Origin: Synechocystis sp. PCC 6803 substr. PCC-P
Lineage (GTDB): Bacteria > Cyanobacteriota > Cyanobacteriia > Cyanobacteriales > Microcystaceae
Direction of reading: 5' to 3'
Assembly: GCF_000284455.1 (NCBI RefSeq)
Contig: NC_017039.1
Span: forward strand, 570,001-602,000
Length of the DNA stretch: 32,000 nt
The stretch's first letter is position 1. Every line of letters starts with the position of its first letter. Below are positions 1 to 12,339 of the stretch, piece after piece. Under the pieces are notes generated by a model, which was given only the letters and a program-made list of their open reading frames with translations, ran no database searches and was not told where the DNA came from. The translations under genes and the position numbers were made by a program.

Positions 1-674
1 CCGATGGGGGCCAAACCTGGGCCCGCATTCCCTTGAGTGAGAAACTGCCCGGTGCTCCCTACAGTATTATTGCCCTGGGACCCCAGACGGCGGAGATGAT
101 TACGGATTTGGGCGCTATTTACAAAACCACCAATGGGGGCAAAAACTGGAAAGCTTTGGTGGAGGGGGCCGTAGGAGTAGCCCGCACCATTCAACGATCA
201 ACCGATGGCCGTTATGTGGCGGTGTCAGCCCGGGGTAATTTTTATTCCACCTGGGCACCGGGACAAACGGAATGGACTCCCCATAACCGCAATTCTTCCC
301 GACGCTTACAGACCATGGGCTATGGCAAGGACGGTCAACTATGGCTGTTGGCCCGGGGGGGACAACTCCAGTTCAGCACCGATCCCGATGCAGAGGAATG
401 GAGCGATGTGATTGCTCCCCAGGATAAAGGTAGTTGGGGTCTGCTCGATCTGTCTTTCCGTACCCCTGAAGAAGTATGGGTAGCGGGGGCCAGCGGTAAC
501 CTCTTGATGAGTCAAGACGGGGGGCAAACCTGGGCCAAGGACACTGGGGTAGAAGATATTCCAGCCAATCTTTATCGGGTGGTGTTCCTCAGTCCGGAAA
601 AAGGATTTGTGTTGGGGCAGGATGGGATTTTGCTCAAATATAACCCCAGCACCGAGGTGGCAATGGTTCCCTAG
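1..674 (+). CDS. ycf48: Photosystem II assembly/stability factor Ycf48 (HCF136 family), 5' end outside window
   Basis: Frame is open from base 3 (DGGQTWARIPLSEKLPG...). Repeated Asp-box/BNR motifs (TTNGGKNW, SQDGGQTW). Directly upstream of psbE, the usual cyanobacterial arrangement. The ORF-track start at 33 is an internal TTG. Confidence 0.93.
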   Translation, partial: DGGQTWARIPLSEKLPGAPYSIIALGPQTAEMITDLGAIYKTTNGGKNWKALVEGAVGVARTIQRSTDGRYVAVSARGNFYSTWAPGQTEWTPHNRNSSRRLQTMGYGKDGQLWLLARGGQLQFSTDPDAEEWSDVIAPQDKGSWGLLDLSFRTPEEVWVAGASGNLLMSQDGGQTWAKDTGVEDIPANLYRVVFLSPEKGFVLGQDGILLKYNPSTEVAMVP

Positions 675-759
675 GCGGCTCACAAAATAGTAGACTAGAC
701 TCTACTTGCTTTGCATTTGTCAGTCAATGTTGTTTTGAAAAATTGAAGGAGAACACAAA

Positions 760-1005
760 ATGTCAGGGACTACCGGCGAGCGTCCATTTTCCGATATTGT
801 CACCAGCATTCGCTACTGGGTGATCCACAGCATCACCATCCCGATGTTGTTTATTGCTGGTTGGTTGTTTGTCAGCACGGGCTTAGCCTACGATGCTTTT
901 GGCACTCCCCGCCCCGATGAATATTTCACCCAGACCCGTCAAGAGTTGCCCATTCTCCAGGAACGCTACGACATTAATCAGGAAATTCAAGAGTTTAATC
1001 AATAA
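760..1005 (+). CDS. psbE: Cytochrome b559 alpha subunit
   Basis: 81 aa, [52 protein letters not shown], with haem-ligand His in the TM segment. Confidence 0.99.
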
Positions 1006-1041
1006 AACATTTAATTGTTCTTTTTTAGTTGGTAATTAACA

Positions 1042-1176
1042 ATGGCAACCCAAAATCCTAATCAACCGGTTACTTATCCCATTTTTACGGTGCGCTGGCT
1101 GGCGGTTCACACCCTGGCGGTGCCCTCTGTCTTCTTTGTCGGGGCGATCGCCGCGATGCAATTTATTCAACGCTAG
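1042..1176 (+). CDS. psbF: Cytochrome b559 beta subunit (44 aa)
   Basis: Hand translation [44 protein letters not shown]. Absent from ORF track because of size. Confidence 0.98.
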
Positions 1177-1185
1177 GAGTTTTTC

Positions 1186-1305
1186 ATGGACAGAAATTCA
1201 AACCCAAACCGCCAACCGGTGGAATTGAACCGCACTTCTTTATACCTGGGTCTATTGTTGGTGGCTGTGTTGGGGATTTTGTTCTCCAGCTATTTCTTTA
1301 ACTAA
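1186..1305 (+). CDS. psbL: Photosystem II protein L (39 aa)
   Basis: Hand translation [43 protein letters not shown] upstream of ATG. Confidence 0.98.
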
Positions 1306-1337
1306 ACTTTTTTAATACGCAATTTAGGAGGCATGGT

Positions 1338-1457
1338 ATGTTCGCAGAAGGCAGAATCCCTTTGTGGGTGGTGGGTGTAGTGGCCGGTATTGGCGCCATT
1401 GGTGTTCTAGGGTTATTTTTCTACGGAGCCTATGCTGGTTTAGGTTCTTCCATGTAA
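1338..1457 (+). CDS. psbJ: Photosystem II protein J (39 aa)
   Basis: Hand translation [45 protein letters not shown] upstream. Confidence 0.97.
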
Positions 1458-1493
1458 TCGAGGGCTAGCCGCCACACAATATCATGGTTTTAA

Positions 1494-1516
1494 GGTGGGC
1501 TTGGCCCACTTTTTTT
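1494..1516 (+). terminator. Rho-independent-type terminator of psbEFLJ
   Basis: GTGGGC-TTG-GCCCAC perfect 6-bp stem followed by seven T residues, 38 bp after the psbJ stop. Confidence 0.85.
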
Positions 1517-1541
1517 ATGGCAATTTTTCCTCCCAAAATAG

Positions 1542-2669
1542 ATGACAATGGCAATGCAACCCCAAACTTTGGTGATTAAAATTGGTACTTCTAGCCTAGC
1601 TCGTCCGGAAACGGGTCAGTTGGCCCTCTCCACCATTGCCGCTTTGGTGGAAACTGTATGCAAGTTGATCGGCCAAGGCCATCGGGTGGTGCTAGTCTCC
1701 TCTGGAGCCATAGGAGTAGGTTGTAGTCGTTTGGGCCTGACAGAAAGGCCAAAAAAAATGGCCTTAAAGCAGGCGATCGCCGCTGTGGGCCAGGGCAGAT
1801 TAATGCGGACCTATGACGACCTTTTTAGTAGCCTCCGGCAACCCATTGCCCAAATTTTGCTCACCAGACGGGAATTAATTGAGCGTACCGCCTATGTCAA
1901 CGCCTACAACACGTTCCAAGCTCTGTTTGAGTTGGGGGTGATTGCCATTGTCAATGAAAACGACACGGTGGCGATCGATGAACTAAAATTTGGCGACAAT
2001 GATACTTTGTCGGCTTTAGTGGCCAGCTTGGTGGAAGCGGATTGGCTATTTTTGCTCACTGACGTTGACCGCCTTTATTCCAGTGACCCCCGTTTAGATC
2101 CCGATGCCTATCCCATTCCCCTAGTCAAAGCCGCGGAATTAGCCCAATTACAAGTCCGCACCGATAGCACTGGTTCCGCCTGGGGCACCGGCGGCATGGC
2201 CACCAAAATCACCGCTGCCCGCATTGCTACGGGATCAGGAGTCCGCACCGTCATCACCCATGGCCAAAAACCTGAGCAAATTTTAGCCATCCTCCAGGGA
2301 GCTAATTTGGGCACTCAGTTTGAAGCCCAACCCCGCTCCGATAATGCTCGTAAACGTTGGATCGCCTATGGTTTAGTGCCCACCGGGAAAATTTTCATTG
2401 ACGCTGGGGCGGTCCAGGCCCTCAAAGCTAGGGGCAAATCCCTATTGGCGATCGGGGTGGTTGCCCTAGAAGGGGAATTCAGTGCCACCGATGCCGTCAT
2501 AATCTGTGATCCCCAGGGTCAAGAATTAGGGCGGGGATTAGTTAATTACAACTGTAACGAGCTAGAAAAAATTAAGGGACTCCATTCCGAGGCGATCGCC
2601 GCAGTGTTAGGCTACGTGGGGCCAGATACAGTGATCCATCGAGATAATTTAGTATTACAAGAAAATTAG
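1542..2669 (+). CDS. proB: Glutamate 5-kinase
   Basis: [60 protein letters not shown]; C-terminal PUA-like domain. Confidence 0.97.
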   Translation: MTMAMQPQTLVIKIGTSSLARPETGQLALSTIAALVETVCKLIGQGHRVVLVSSGAIGVGCSRLGLTERPKKMALKQAIAAVGQGRLMRTYDDLFSSLRQPIAQILLTRRELIERTAYVNAYNTFQALFELGVIAIVNENDTVAIDELKFGDNDTLSALVASLVEADWLFLLTDVDRLYSSDPRLDPDAYPIPLVKAAELAQLQVRTDSTGSAWGTGGMATKITAARIATGSGVRTVITHGQKPEQILAILQGANLGTQFEAQPRSDNARKRWIAYGLVPTGKIFIDAGAVQALKARGKSLLAIGVVALEGEFSATDAVIICDPQGQELGRGLVNYNCNELEKIKGLHSEAIAAVLGYVGPDTVIHRDNLVLQEN

Positions 2670-2837
2670 AAGAGTCTGAAGACAGACAAATGATTTTACG
2701 AATTATTTTTGTCCCAACCCGGTATGTTGGCAGAATTAATCCCAGATATTGAAGAAAGTTGGGAGTTCGCCTATCGCTCTTCTATCATTGTAGGAAGGAT
2801 AAAACAGAGAAGAGAGGGTGAAAGGCAGAGGTGATAT

Positions 2838-3011
2838 ATGGTTGCCCCCGTCAAGCAAAAGAAACAGTACAGTTTATCGACAAATATTGTGAAAGCTACA
2901 GAGACTTACTTTCCAGAAGTAAGAAGCTTTGAGTACTTTAAATATTTGCATCTAGGATTAATAGCGAATATCAGGAGAAAAACATTTCCAGAAATAGCCA
3001 GGGTAGTATAG
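2838..3011 (+). pseudogene. Remnant of transposase N-terminus (IS701-like)
   Basis: Hand translation MVAPVKQKKQYSLSTNIVKATETYFPEVRSFEYFKYLHLGLIANIRRKTFPEIARVV*. Resembles the N-terminus of cyanobacterial IS701-family transposases from memory, then stops. Confidence 0.6.
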
Positions 3012-3079
3012 CAAAATCGCATAGACAAAGTTATTCAAGATTACTGCATAGCCTAGTGCCTCATAGTTATACTAATTAG

Positions 3080-3226
3080 TTATATTTCTCGCAGGTCCAA
3101 CTCTCTAGGACGCCCAAATCCTTTCGGTGCTGGTAACTTGGGCTCGATTATCTTCCAATCCTCATCACTCATGTCACTGGCGTATAGCTTGCGCTGAGGA
3201 TTAACTACGTTCGGCAAATTGCTCAT
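3080..3226 (-). pseudogene. Remnant of IS5-family-like transposase N-terminus
   Basis: Minus strand translation MSNLPNVVNPQRKLYASDMSDEDWKIIEPKLPAPKGFGRPRELDLREI*. Typical SD(M/L)SD(E)xWxxIEPxLP...GRPRExDLRE start, truncated after 48 aa. Confidence 0.7.
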
Positions 3227-3509
3227 CGACAATACTCAATTTTTATCTTTTCACCATAAAAAACAGATTTTTCCTATCCTCTTTTCTTTATATTTTCTTT
3301 AGAAATCACTTCTAAGGAATCATTTATTGTTAAGCGGAACCAAAGATTACGCTGATGCAATGAATGAACAAATGAAAGCGATTATCTCTATGCGAAATAA
3401 CAGGGTTATAATTCGTCAATCTAGGGAATTCGCTTTTAATCGTGCCCTTCGTCAACCAATAAGAACATGGGCAAGTAGTGGAATTTGTTTATACCCCTAT
3501 GATCAAGTG

Positions 3510-4682
3510 CAGAAGTGTTGAACGATAGTTATAAAGAGAAAAAAGCTCTTTAAAATGATAGAATAAAGGGCAGAAATATTAGAATAATTGAAGCGATGAT
3601 ATCAAATTTTGGACATATTGTAAAAACTTATCTATCTAATTTTCCTAAACATGACTACCCAGTATTAGACACATTTAAGTTTGTGAGTATCTGGTTAGGA
3701 TTAGTGTTAGACCAGAGCCAGACAAGCATGAGGAGTATGTTTAAAAGACTGAACTTACGAGGAGAGACAGTCGATATATCTACATTCTCAAAGGCAAGCA
3801 AAAAAAGGGATGTGGGAGTTTTTAGAGAAATAATATTTTCCTTAAAAAAGGAATTGTCGAAAAGGAAGGAAATTAAGCAGAGAGAATTAGAAATATTTCC
3901 TCTCGATTCAACCATTGTCAGCATAACTAGGAAGTTGATGTGGAACCTTGGATTTCATCAGGTAAAATTATTCAGTGAGATTAACTTATCAACAGGGATT
4001 CCGGGGGGAATAGTAATTCACTTTGGACAAGGTCATGATAATAAATATGGGAATGAAACAATAGAAGAGACTCCAGAAAATGGAGTAGCAGTAATGGATA
4101 GAGGATTTTGTGACTTACAGAGAATCAAGAGATTACAAAAGGAGAATAACAAATATCATGTATTAAGAATAAAGAATAATATAAAGCTAGAAAAATTAGC
4201 CAATGATAACTATATGGTTGGAACTGGAAAGAATAAAATAGAGAGTAGAGTGGTAATATTCACCCATGATAATTCAGAGTTTAGATTGGTTACAAATTTA
4301 CCTATAGAAAGTAAAGAAATAGAAGGAGTTAGTGATGAAAAAATAGCAGAAATTTATAAAAAAAGATGGCAAATAGAATTGTTATGGAAATTCTTAAAAA
4401 TGCACTTAAAGCTGAATAGACTGATTGCCAAAAATGAGAATGCAATTGGGATTCAAATCTATACCTGTATAATTGCTTATTTAATACTAAAATTACTGGT
4501 AATCCCAAAAGAAGCAGGTACAACAATGTTAGACAAACTACGTTATTTACAGGCTTTCATGTGTGAAAAAATAAGCTATGTACACTGGCTAAGGGAGTTA
4601 GCACTAAGGTGATGAATTTGCTTTGCTGTAGGATTATTCTGTCTATTTTTAGGTCGTACATAAGTGCGATTCAACGATTCTG
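3510..4682 (+). mobile_element. IS4-family insertion sequence (about 1173 bp by candidate terminal inverted repeats)
   Basis: Candidate ends CAGAAGTGTTGAACGATAGTTAT (left) and CAGAATCGTTGAATCGCACTTAT (reverse complement of right), 16/23 identical, flanking an intact transposase. No convincing target-site duplication seen. Confidence 0.6.
3596..4612 (+). CDS. IS4-family DDE transposase
   Basis: 338 aa. PLDSTIVS (first D), VAVMDRGF (second D), and YKKRWQIELLWKFLK matching the IS4 Y-x2-R-x3-E-x6-K signature. Confidence 0.93.
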   Translation: MISNFGHIVKTYLSNFPKHDYPVLDTFKFVSIWLGLVLDQSQTSMRSMFKRLNLRGETVDISTFSKASKKRDVGVFREIIFSLKKELSKRKEIKQRELEIFPLDSTIVSITRKLMWNLGFHQVKLFSEINLSTGIPGGIVIHFGQGHDNKYGNETIEETPENGVAVMDRGFCDLQRIKRLQKENNKYHVLRIKNNIKLEKLANDNYMVGTGKNKIESRVVIFTHDNSEFRLVTNLPIESKEIEGVSDEKIAEIYKKRWQIELLWKFLKMHLKLNRLIAKNENAIGIQIYTCIIAYLILKLLVIPKEAGTTMLDKLRYLQAFMCEKISYVHWLRELALR

Positions 4683-5566
4683 AGCTTCACCAGATGCAGA
4701 AATCTATTAATCTTCTCCAGCAAACAGTCCAACAGGGTTTTGATGATGTTAATCATCGCCTTGATAAAATGTCACAACAATTAGGTTACATTTGCCTAGT
4801 TGTTCAGGATAGTCGAGCTAAACAGGAAAAATTAGCCCAAGCCATTGCCCATTTTTATCAGAGCAGTTTAGTCAGAGAGATAGCAGATTTACAATCTGAA
4901 CTTCAAACAATCAACCGTTTTCCTGAACAATCTCCCATTGGAGCCATTAAAGCCGCAAATCGTAGCCGTTTATTTTTAAGCCATGAAGCACTCAAAATCA
5001 CCCCAGAGCTAGAAGCAGAATTAATGCTAAATAGTGACATTGCTATTCAAGGTTGGGCCGTTGCTACCATTACCGAAGCTAATTTATTGATGGAAATAGG
5101 TCATCACCAGGATGCCAAAGATGTTTTACGGGAAGAAGTTGTTAAATTTAAACAATTATCTGAAAATTGGTCAAAGGCATTATTGGACGATGCTAATGAT
5201 AGCCTTAATACTTCCTACCGCTTTCTTGGCAAGCCATTTAACGAGTTTATTCTACCTGAAAGAATAGAGCGAATTTGTCAAATTCATCCCAAGGATTTTA
5301 ACTTAACTCCAGATCAAGTACGACGCATTAAAAGTGAAATTGCTGTTGAATTTGATATGTCCTATGCACCCGAACGCTATAACCAAGCTTGGATTAATAA
5401 ACAATTGGCGATCGCCGAATATTTAGACACTCTTAGTGAATTATTAGCTAGGCTAGATACCCTGCAAAACTTTGCCCAATTATGCCAAGATCGAGGTGTT
5501 AAAAGTAGCAGGGAATTGCTTCCGGGTAATGATGCAGAGCCAGGACTGTATTTGTTACCAGGATAG
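4664..5566 (+). CDS. Hypothetical protein with N-terminal coiled-coil; probably 5'-truncated by the IS element (native start may be ATG 4694 or further upstream before insertion)
   Basis: Long coherent ORF; GTG start at 4664 lies inside the candidate right IS end; coiled-coil-like MQKSINLLQQTVQQGFDDVNHRLDKM. Confidence 0.6.
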   Translation: MRFNDSELHQMQKSINLLQQTVQQGFDDVNHRLDKMSQQLGYICLVVQDSRAKQEKLAQAIAHFYQSSLVREIADLQSELQTINRFPEQSPIGAIKAANRSRLFLSHEALKITPELEAELMLNSDIAIQGWAVATITEANLLMEIGHHQDAKDVLREEVVKFKQLSENWSKALLDDANDSLNTSYRFLGKPFNEFILPERIERICQIHPKDFNLTPDQVRRIKSEIAVEFDMSYAPERYNQAWINKQLAIAEYLDTLSELLARLDTLQNFAQLCQDRGVKSSRELLPGNDAEPGLYLLPG

Positions 5567-5578
5567 TGAAGGAATATT

Positions 5579-6229
5579 ATGCCTATTACAGAATTAGCCC
5601 CCGTCTCGAAATTTATTTTGCTTGAACCCGTAAGTTGGCTAACTTTTAACCAATTGCTTCAGGATTTGGGTGAAAAGCGAGGAATTCGCCTTGCTTATTG
5701 TCAAGGAACTTTAGAAATTATGACTCCCCTCGGAGAACATGAACATAATAATCGCTTTCTAGAGCGGTTAATTTACACCACCGTTGACATCTTGAACTTG
5801 GAAATTAAAAGTCTAGGTTCCCTAACCCTAAGAGTTAATCGGCTGGAGAAAGGCATAGAACCAGATTCTTGCTTTTACCTGCAAAATGAGTCTATTGTTC
5901 GCCACAAACAGGATATTGATCTTAATGTTGATCCTCCCCCCGATTTAGTCATTGAAATTGATATTACCAGTAGCTCCCTAGACAAATTAGCAATTTATGG
6001 TGCTTTAGGAGTGCCCGAAATTTGGCGATATGACGGTCGAACTTTACAGGCTTATTTGTGGAATGGGGCTCAGCAAATCTATGAAACTTCTGAGCAGAGC
6101 TTGGCTTTGCATCCCTTGAAAGTTAAGGATTTGACTGTCTTTCTGCGCCAAAGTCTCCAAGACGGAGAAACAGCAACGATTAGGCAATTTCGTCAATGGC
6201 TGATCGAACAACTAGGCGAAGGTGAATAA
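5579..6229 (+). CDS. Uma2 family (DUF820) PD-(D/E)XK endonuclease-fold protein
   Basis: LAYCQGTLEIMTPLGEHEHNN, GIEPDSCFYLQN, PPDLVIEIDITSSSLDKLAIYGALGVPEIWRYDG: classic Uma2 motifs. Confidence 0.9.
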   Translation: MPITELAPVSKFILLEPVSWLTFNQLLQDLGEKRGIRLAYCQGTLEIMTPLGEHEHNNRFLERLIYTTVDILNLEIKSLGSLTLRVNRLEKGIEPDSCFYLQNESIVRHKQDIDLNVDPPPDLVIEIDITSSSLDKLAIYGALGVPEIWRYDGRTLQAYLWNGAQQIYETSEQSLALHPLKVKDLTVFLRQSLQDGETATIRQFRQWLIEQLGEGE

Positions 6230-6240
6230 ATTAGTACAGA

Positions 6241-7005
6241 CTAAAAGCCTTGACCCACTTCCAGATAGCGGGTTTTACCCTGACGGGATAGGATCGCCTG
6301 CTGACCGTTAACCGCCGCCAATTGCCAACCGCTACTACCGATCGCCTCACCGATTTGAATGCGTTGGGTCATGCCATTCCAGCGGAACAGAGCCGAAGAA
6401 AGCTCACCGGATTCCAGAACTCCTACTAAATCGTGTTTAGTTTTACTGGGCACCATCGGCACTGCCGGGGGAGCAGCGGCCACGGGTTGGGGGGGAATTG
6501 CCATGGCTGGAGCAGCTTGGCCGTTGGGGTAAACGGGGTAATAATATCGTTCCACCACAGTGGTACTACCAGGAGCGACTGCGGTCAGATTGCCACCATT
6601 ATTTTGGGGCACAGCGCCGGGGGGAGGCGGGGGAAGGGGAATACCTTGGTTAGCAGGGGCGATCGCCACCGTTGTTTGGTTGGGGGTTACCGGAGGGTTA
6701 ACACCAGTGAGGGCGGAGGAAGCTGGCAATGATTGGGGCTGTTTAAGGGTTTCTAAGGACTGTTGCAGATAAACAATAAATTCTTCGTCCGCTTGATCCA
6801 CCGTCACCGTTTCCGTAGGCGATGTCGCAGAGGGATTGGGTTGTCGGGATTGAAACACTAGCCAAAAACTAACTAACAGCATATAGGCAACGCCACCGCC
6901 TAGGAAAATTTTGTCGATGTGCTTCAACCACCAAGGCTTTTTCGAGCTTTCCAGTCCTTCGTACTTGTCCATTGTCCCCACCCACGGAAAAAAGATGTTG
7001 CCCAT
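6241..7005 (-). CDS. Membrane-anchored Pro-rich protein with PilP-like C-terminal domain
   Basis: Single TM (IFLGGGVAYMLLVSFWLVF), Pro/Ala-rich linker, C-terminal LVGVLESGELSSALFRWNGMTQRIQIGEAIGSSGWQLAAVNGQQAIL resembling PilP/GspC-type domains. Confidence 0.6.
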   Translation of the reverse strand: MGNIFFPWVGTMDKYEGLESSKKPWWLKHIDKIFLGGGVAYMLLVSFWLVFQSRQPNPSATSPTETVTVDQADEEFIVYLQQSLETLKQPQSLPASSALTGVNPPVTPNQTTVAIAPANQGIPLPPPPPGAVPQNNGGNLTAVAPGSTTVVERYYYPVYPNGQAAPAMAIPPQPVAAAPPAVPMVPSKTKHDLVGVLESGELSSALFRWNGMTQRIQIGEAIGSSGWQLAAVNGQQAILSRQGKTRYLEVGQGF

Positions 7006-7035
7006 TCTAGCCGAAAATTTCCCCGGGTCTAACCT

Positions 7036-9870
<2,835 letters not shown>

Positions 9871-9888
9871 TTTGCCGGGTACAGTTTT

Positions 9889-10296
9889 ATGACAACGGTT
9901 CTCATCGTCGAAGACGACCCCATGAACTTCCGGGTTTTTTCCAAAATTCTCACTAAGCGGGGGGGCTTCACCGTCAAGGGCAGCGAGGATGTGGCGGAGG
10001 TGTTGGCCTTAGCTCGGAGCAAGGCGGTGGACGTGATTTTGATCGATGTGTCTCTGTCCCGCAGTCATTACCAAGGTAAGGCCTATAACGGCATTCAAAT
10101 TACCCAACTGCTCAAACAAGACCCTGCCACGGCCAGCCTACCAGTGATTTTGGTCACAGCCCATGCCATGGTCGGCGATCGGGAGTCTTTATTGGCCCAA
10201 AGTGGCGCAGAAGGCTACATAGCTAAACCGGTGGTGGACCACCAAGCTTTTGTAAACCAAATTCAAACCATGGCTGGAGGCGATCGGGCGGTTTAA
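9889..10296 (+). CDS. Stand-alone response regulator receiver protein
   Basis: [21 protein letters not shown]...[10 protein letters not shown]...[11 protein letters not shown]...[10 protein letters not shown]: acidic pair, phospho-Asp, Thr and Lys of the REC fold. Start refined from ORF-track 9748. Confidence 0.93.
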   Translation: MTTVLIVEDDPMNFRVFSKILTKRGGFTVKGSEDVAEVLALARSKAVDVILIDVSLSRSHYQGKAYNGIQITQLLKQDPATASLPVILVTAHAMVGDRESLLAQSGAEGYIAKPVVDHQAFVNQIQTMAGGDRAV

Positions 10297-10329
10297 CCCC
10301 TTAGCCTAAAGATTTACCCGTTATTTTTC

Positions 10330-11157
10330 ATGTTGCCCACTGCCATTGTCCTCACCATCCTTTTGGGCATCATTGCCTACATTTGGGGCTATCCCCATTG
10401 GTTAGATTGGCGAGAAAAACAACTTTTTCAGCGGCCTCTGCCTCCCCATTGGCAAGCAATTTTAGGCGATCGCCTGCCTTTTTATGCCCAGCTTTCCCCC
10501 CAGCAACGGCAAAAATTAGAAGCAAAAATCCAATTATTTCTCCAGCAAAAACAGTTTATTGGCTGTAATGATTTTGTTTTAACGGATGAAGTGCGGTTGG
10601 TCATCGCTGCCCAAGCTTGCTATCTAGCGTTGGAATTAGGCAGTAATCCCTACCCCAGGCTGGATACAATCCTTGTTTACCCCGATGCTTTCCAAGTGCG
10701 GCAAATTACGTCCCCCGATGGTTACGTAGTGGAGGAAGAAGACACCGTTCGAGCTGGGGAATCCTGGGATAGGGCTGGACAGTTGATCCTGGCTTGGGGC
10801 ACGATCGCCTGGGATTTGGAGCGGTGGCAGGATGGCCACAACGTTATTTTCCATGAATTTGCCCATCAGTTGGACATGGGGGATGGAGCCATGAATGGGG
10901 TCCCTAAATTAGGTCGTCGCAACGACTATCAACGCTGGCAGTCAATTTTTGCGTCGGAATACCAACAACTACTCAGTCAGTTAGAAAATAATTTACCCAC
11001 CGTCATCGACCCCTATGGAGCCACCAACCCCTGTGAATTTTTTGCGGTGGTGACGGAAACTTTCTTTGAAAAAGGGCAAGAATTACAACATAATCACGGG
11101 CAACTTTATCAAGTTCTACGGAAATATTACTGCCTTGAACCATTGATAAATTGCTAG
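10330..11157 (+). CDS. Zinc-dependent peptidase, MtfA (M90) family
   Basis: N-terminal TM, LPPHWQAIL, VVEEEDTVRAGESWDRAGQLILAWG, NVIFHEFAHQLDMGDG (HExxH). Confidence 0.88.
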   Translation: MLPTAIVLTILLGIIAYIWGYPHWLDWREKQLFQRPLPPHWQAILGDRLPFYAQLSPQQRQKLEAKIQLFLQQKQFIGCNDFVLTDEVRLVIAAQACYLALELGSNPYPRLDTILVYPDAFQVRQITSPDGYVVEEEDTVRAGESWDRAGQLILAWGTIAWDLERWQDGHNVIFHEFAHQLDMGDGAMNGVPKLGRRNDYQRWQSIFASEYQQLLSQLENNLPTVIDPYGATNPCEFFAVVTETFFEKGQELQHNHGQLYQVLRKYYCLEPLINC

Positions 11158-11705
11158 GGAACGGGTTTTAGCCTGGTCACTGCCAGGGAAAATGCCCCTC
11201 CCCCAGTGGCGGCGTAGGTTCTGACCCGGACAATGTAGTCTCCCGATTCAGTAATCCGGGCGAAGGCAAGGGAATTGGTGCCCCCTTCAGTGCTGTCGTC
11301 GTTGGCCACAATGGTGGTGCCGTCATCGCCAATGAGCATTACCATGGTGTCGAATTCATCGGAGCGCAGGTCAATGGACACTTGGTCCCCGGCCTGGAGA
11401 TTAATACGATAGTCCCTGGCAAATCCCCCTTCCCCCGTGGGCATATCCCCCACCGTCAGGCGATCGTCAACTGTTGTGTTGGCAGTAATGGGGATGGGAT
11501 TGTAAAAACTATTTTGACTATTTTGGCCGTAACTCGGGGTTGGGTAGAACGTCACCAGGGCGGAAGTCAAACCCATCCAGAAGAGGACTACCTTGTCCAA
11601 TTTCCCCGAATTGAATAATCTAAACATTCTCGGTGTCCTGACTGAGTACTGACTGGAGCCGACTGAGGAAATTTGATTCCTGGGTGATGGGAATGAACTG
11701 CTCAA
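11154..11705 (-). CDS. Secreted protein with bacterial pre-peptidase C-terminal (PPC)-like domain; start may be ATG near 11627
   Basis: YRINLQAGDQVSIDLRSDEFDTMVMLIGDDGTTIVANDDST...GDYIVRVRTYAATGGGAFSLAVTRL matches PPC domain pattern; hydrophobic N-terminal segment. Confidence 0.8.
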   Translation of the reverse strand: MSSSFPSPRNQISSVGSSQYSVRTPRMFRLFNSGKLDKVVLFWMGLTSALVTFYPTPSYGQNSQNSFYNPIPITANTTVDDRLTVGDMPTGEGGFARDYRINLQAGDQVSIDLRSDEFDTMVMLIGDDGTTIVANDDSTEGGTNSLAFARITESGDYIVRVRTYAATGGGAFSLAVTRLKPVP

Positions 11706-12264
11706 TGGACGGGGCTGGCCCTGGGTTTCTGGTCACGGGCCCTTCTTCGGACACATTAGAGCCCTTTAAATTTTCTTGGTTGGGATGTTGGATATTTCCG
11801 AGGGCACGGTGATGCCAAGGGAGTGGTTCTAGCTCCCCTGGGTCGGAGGGAGAAACCCGCCGTCTTGGTGATTGCAATGATTGTTCTTGTCCTGCCGTGG
11901 GAACCTTTAACTGCCATGACTGGTCTGCCATTTTAGTCAACTCCTCCATCGATTCGTCTCTGGCGATCGCCAACGATCTGGGCAGATTTTCGGAAACCAG
12001 ACGCTCAAACTCAGCGGAAAAATGAAAATTGGGTTGTCCCTTCTTGTGCCAGAACTCCAGCAAATGCTCCACCGAAACCGCCTTATAACGGCCTAGGTAC
12101 AGGGCTTCGATCACCGCAAGACGAATCCACAGGGCTGAAAAATTCTTAAGCCAGCCATTGATGACCTGTTTGGGGGCCATTCCCCGGAGGTCAAAACAAT
12201 AGGCAGTCAAAAGCGAAACTGTCTGCAAAATGCCTGGATCCTTTTGAGCCTGGGATATTGTCAT
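11620..12264 (-). CDS. Hypothetical protein
   Basis: 214 aa ORF MTISQAQKDPGILQTVSLLTAYCFDLRGMAPKQVINGWLKNF...; long uninterrupted frame with Cyanobacteria-like composition. Confidence 0.65.
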   Translation of the reverse strand: MTISQAQKDPGILQTVSLLTAYCFDLRGMAPKQVINGWLKNFSALWIRLAVIEALYLGRYKAVSVEHLLEFWHKKGQPNFHFSAEFERLVSENLPRSLAIARDESMEELTKMADQSWQLKVPTAGQEQSLQSPRRRVSPSDPGELEPLPWHHRALGNIQHPNQENLKGSNVSEEGPVTRNPGPAPSIEQFIPITQESNFLSRLQSVLSQDTENV

Positions 12265-12339
12265 ATTTGCTAGGGAGCTATGCTTAGTAGTTCCTAGAAT
12301 ACTAGCTCAAGTCCAGTCTGGGAGAAAGGAGGGTCGGCT

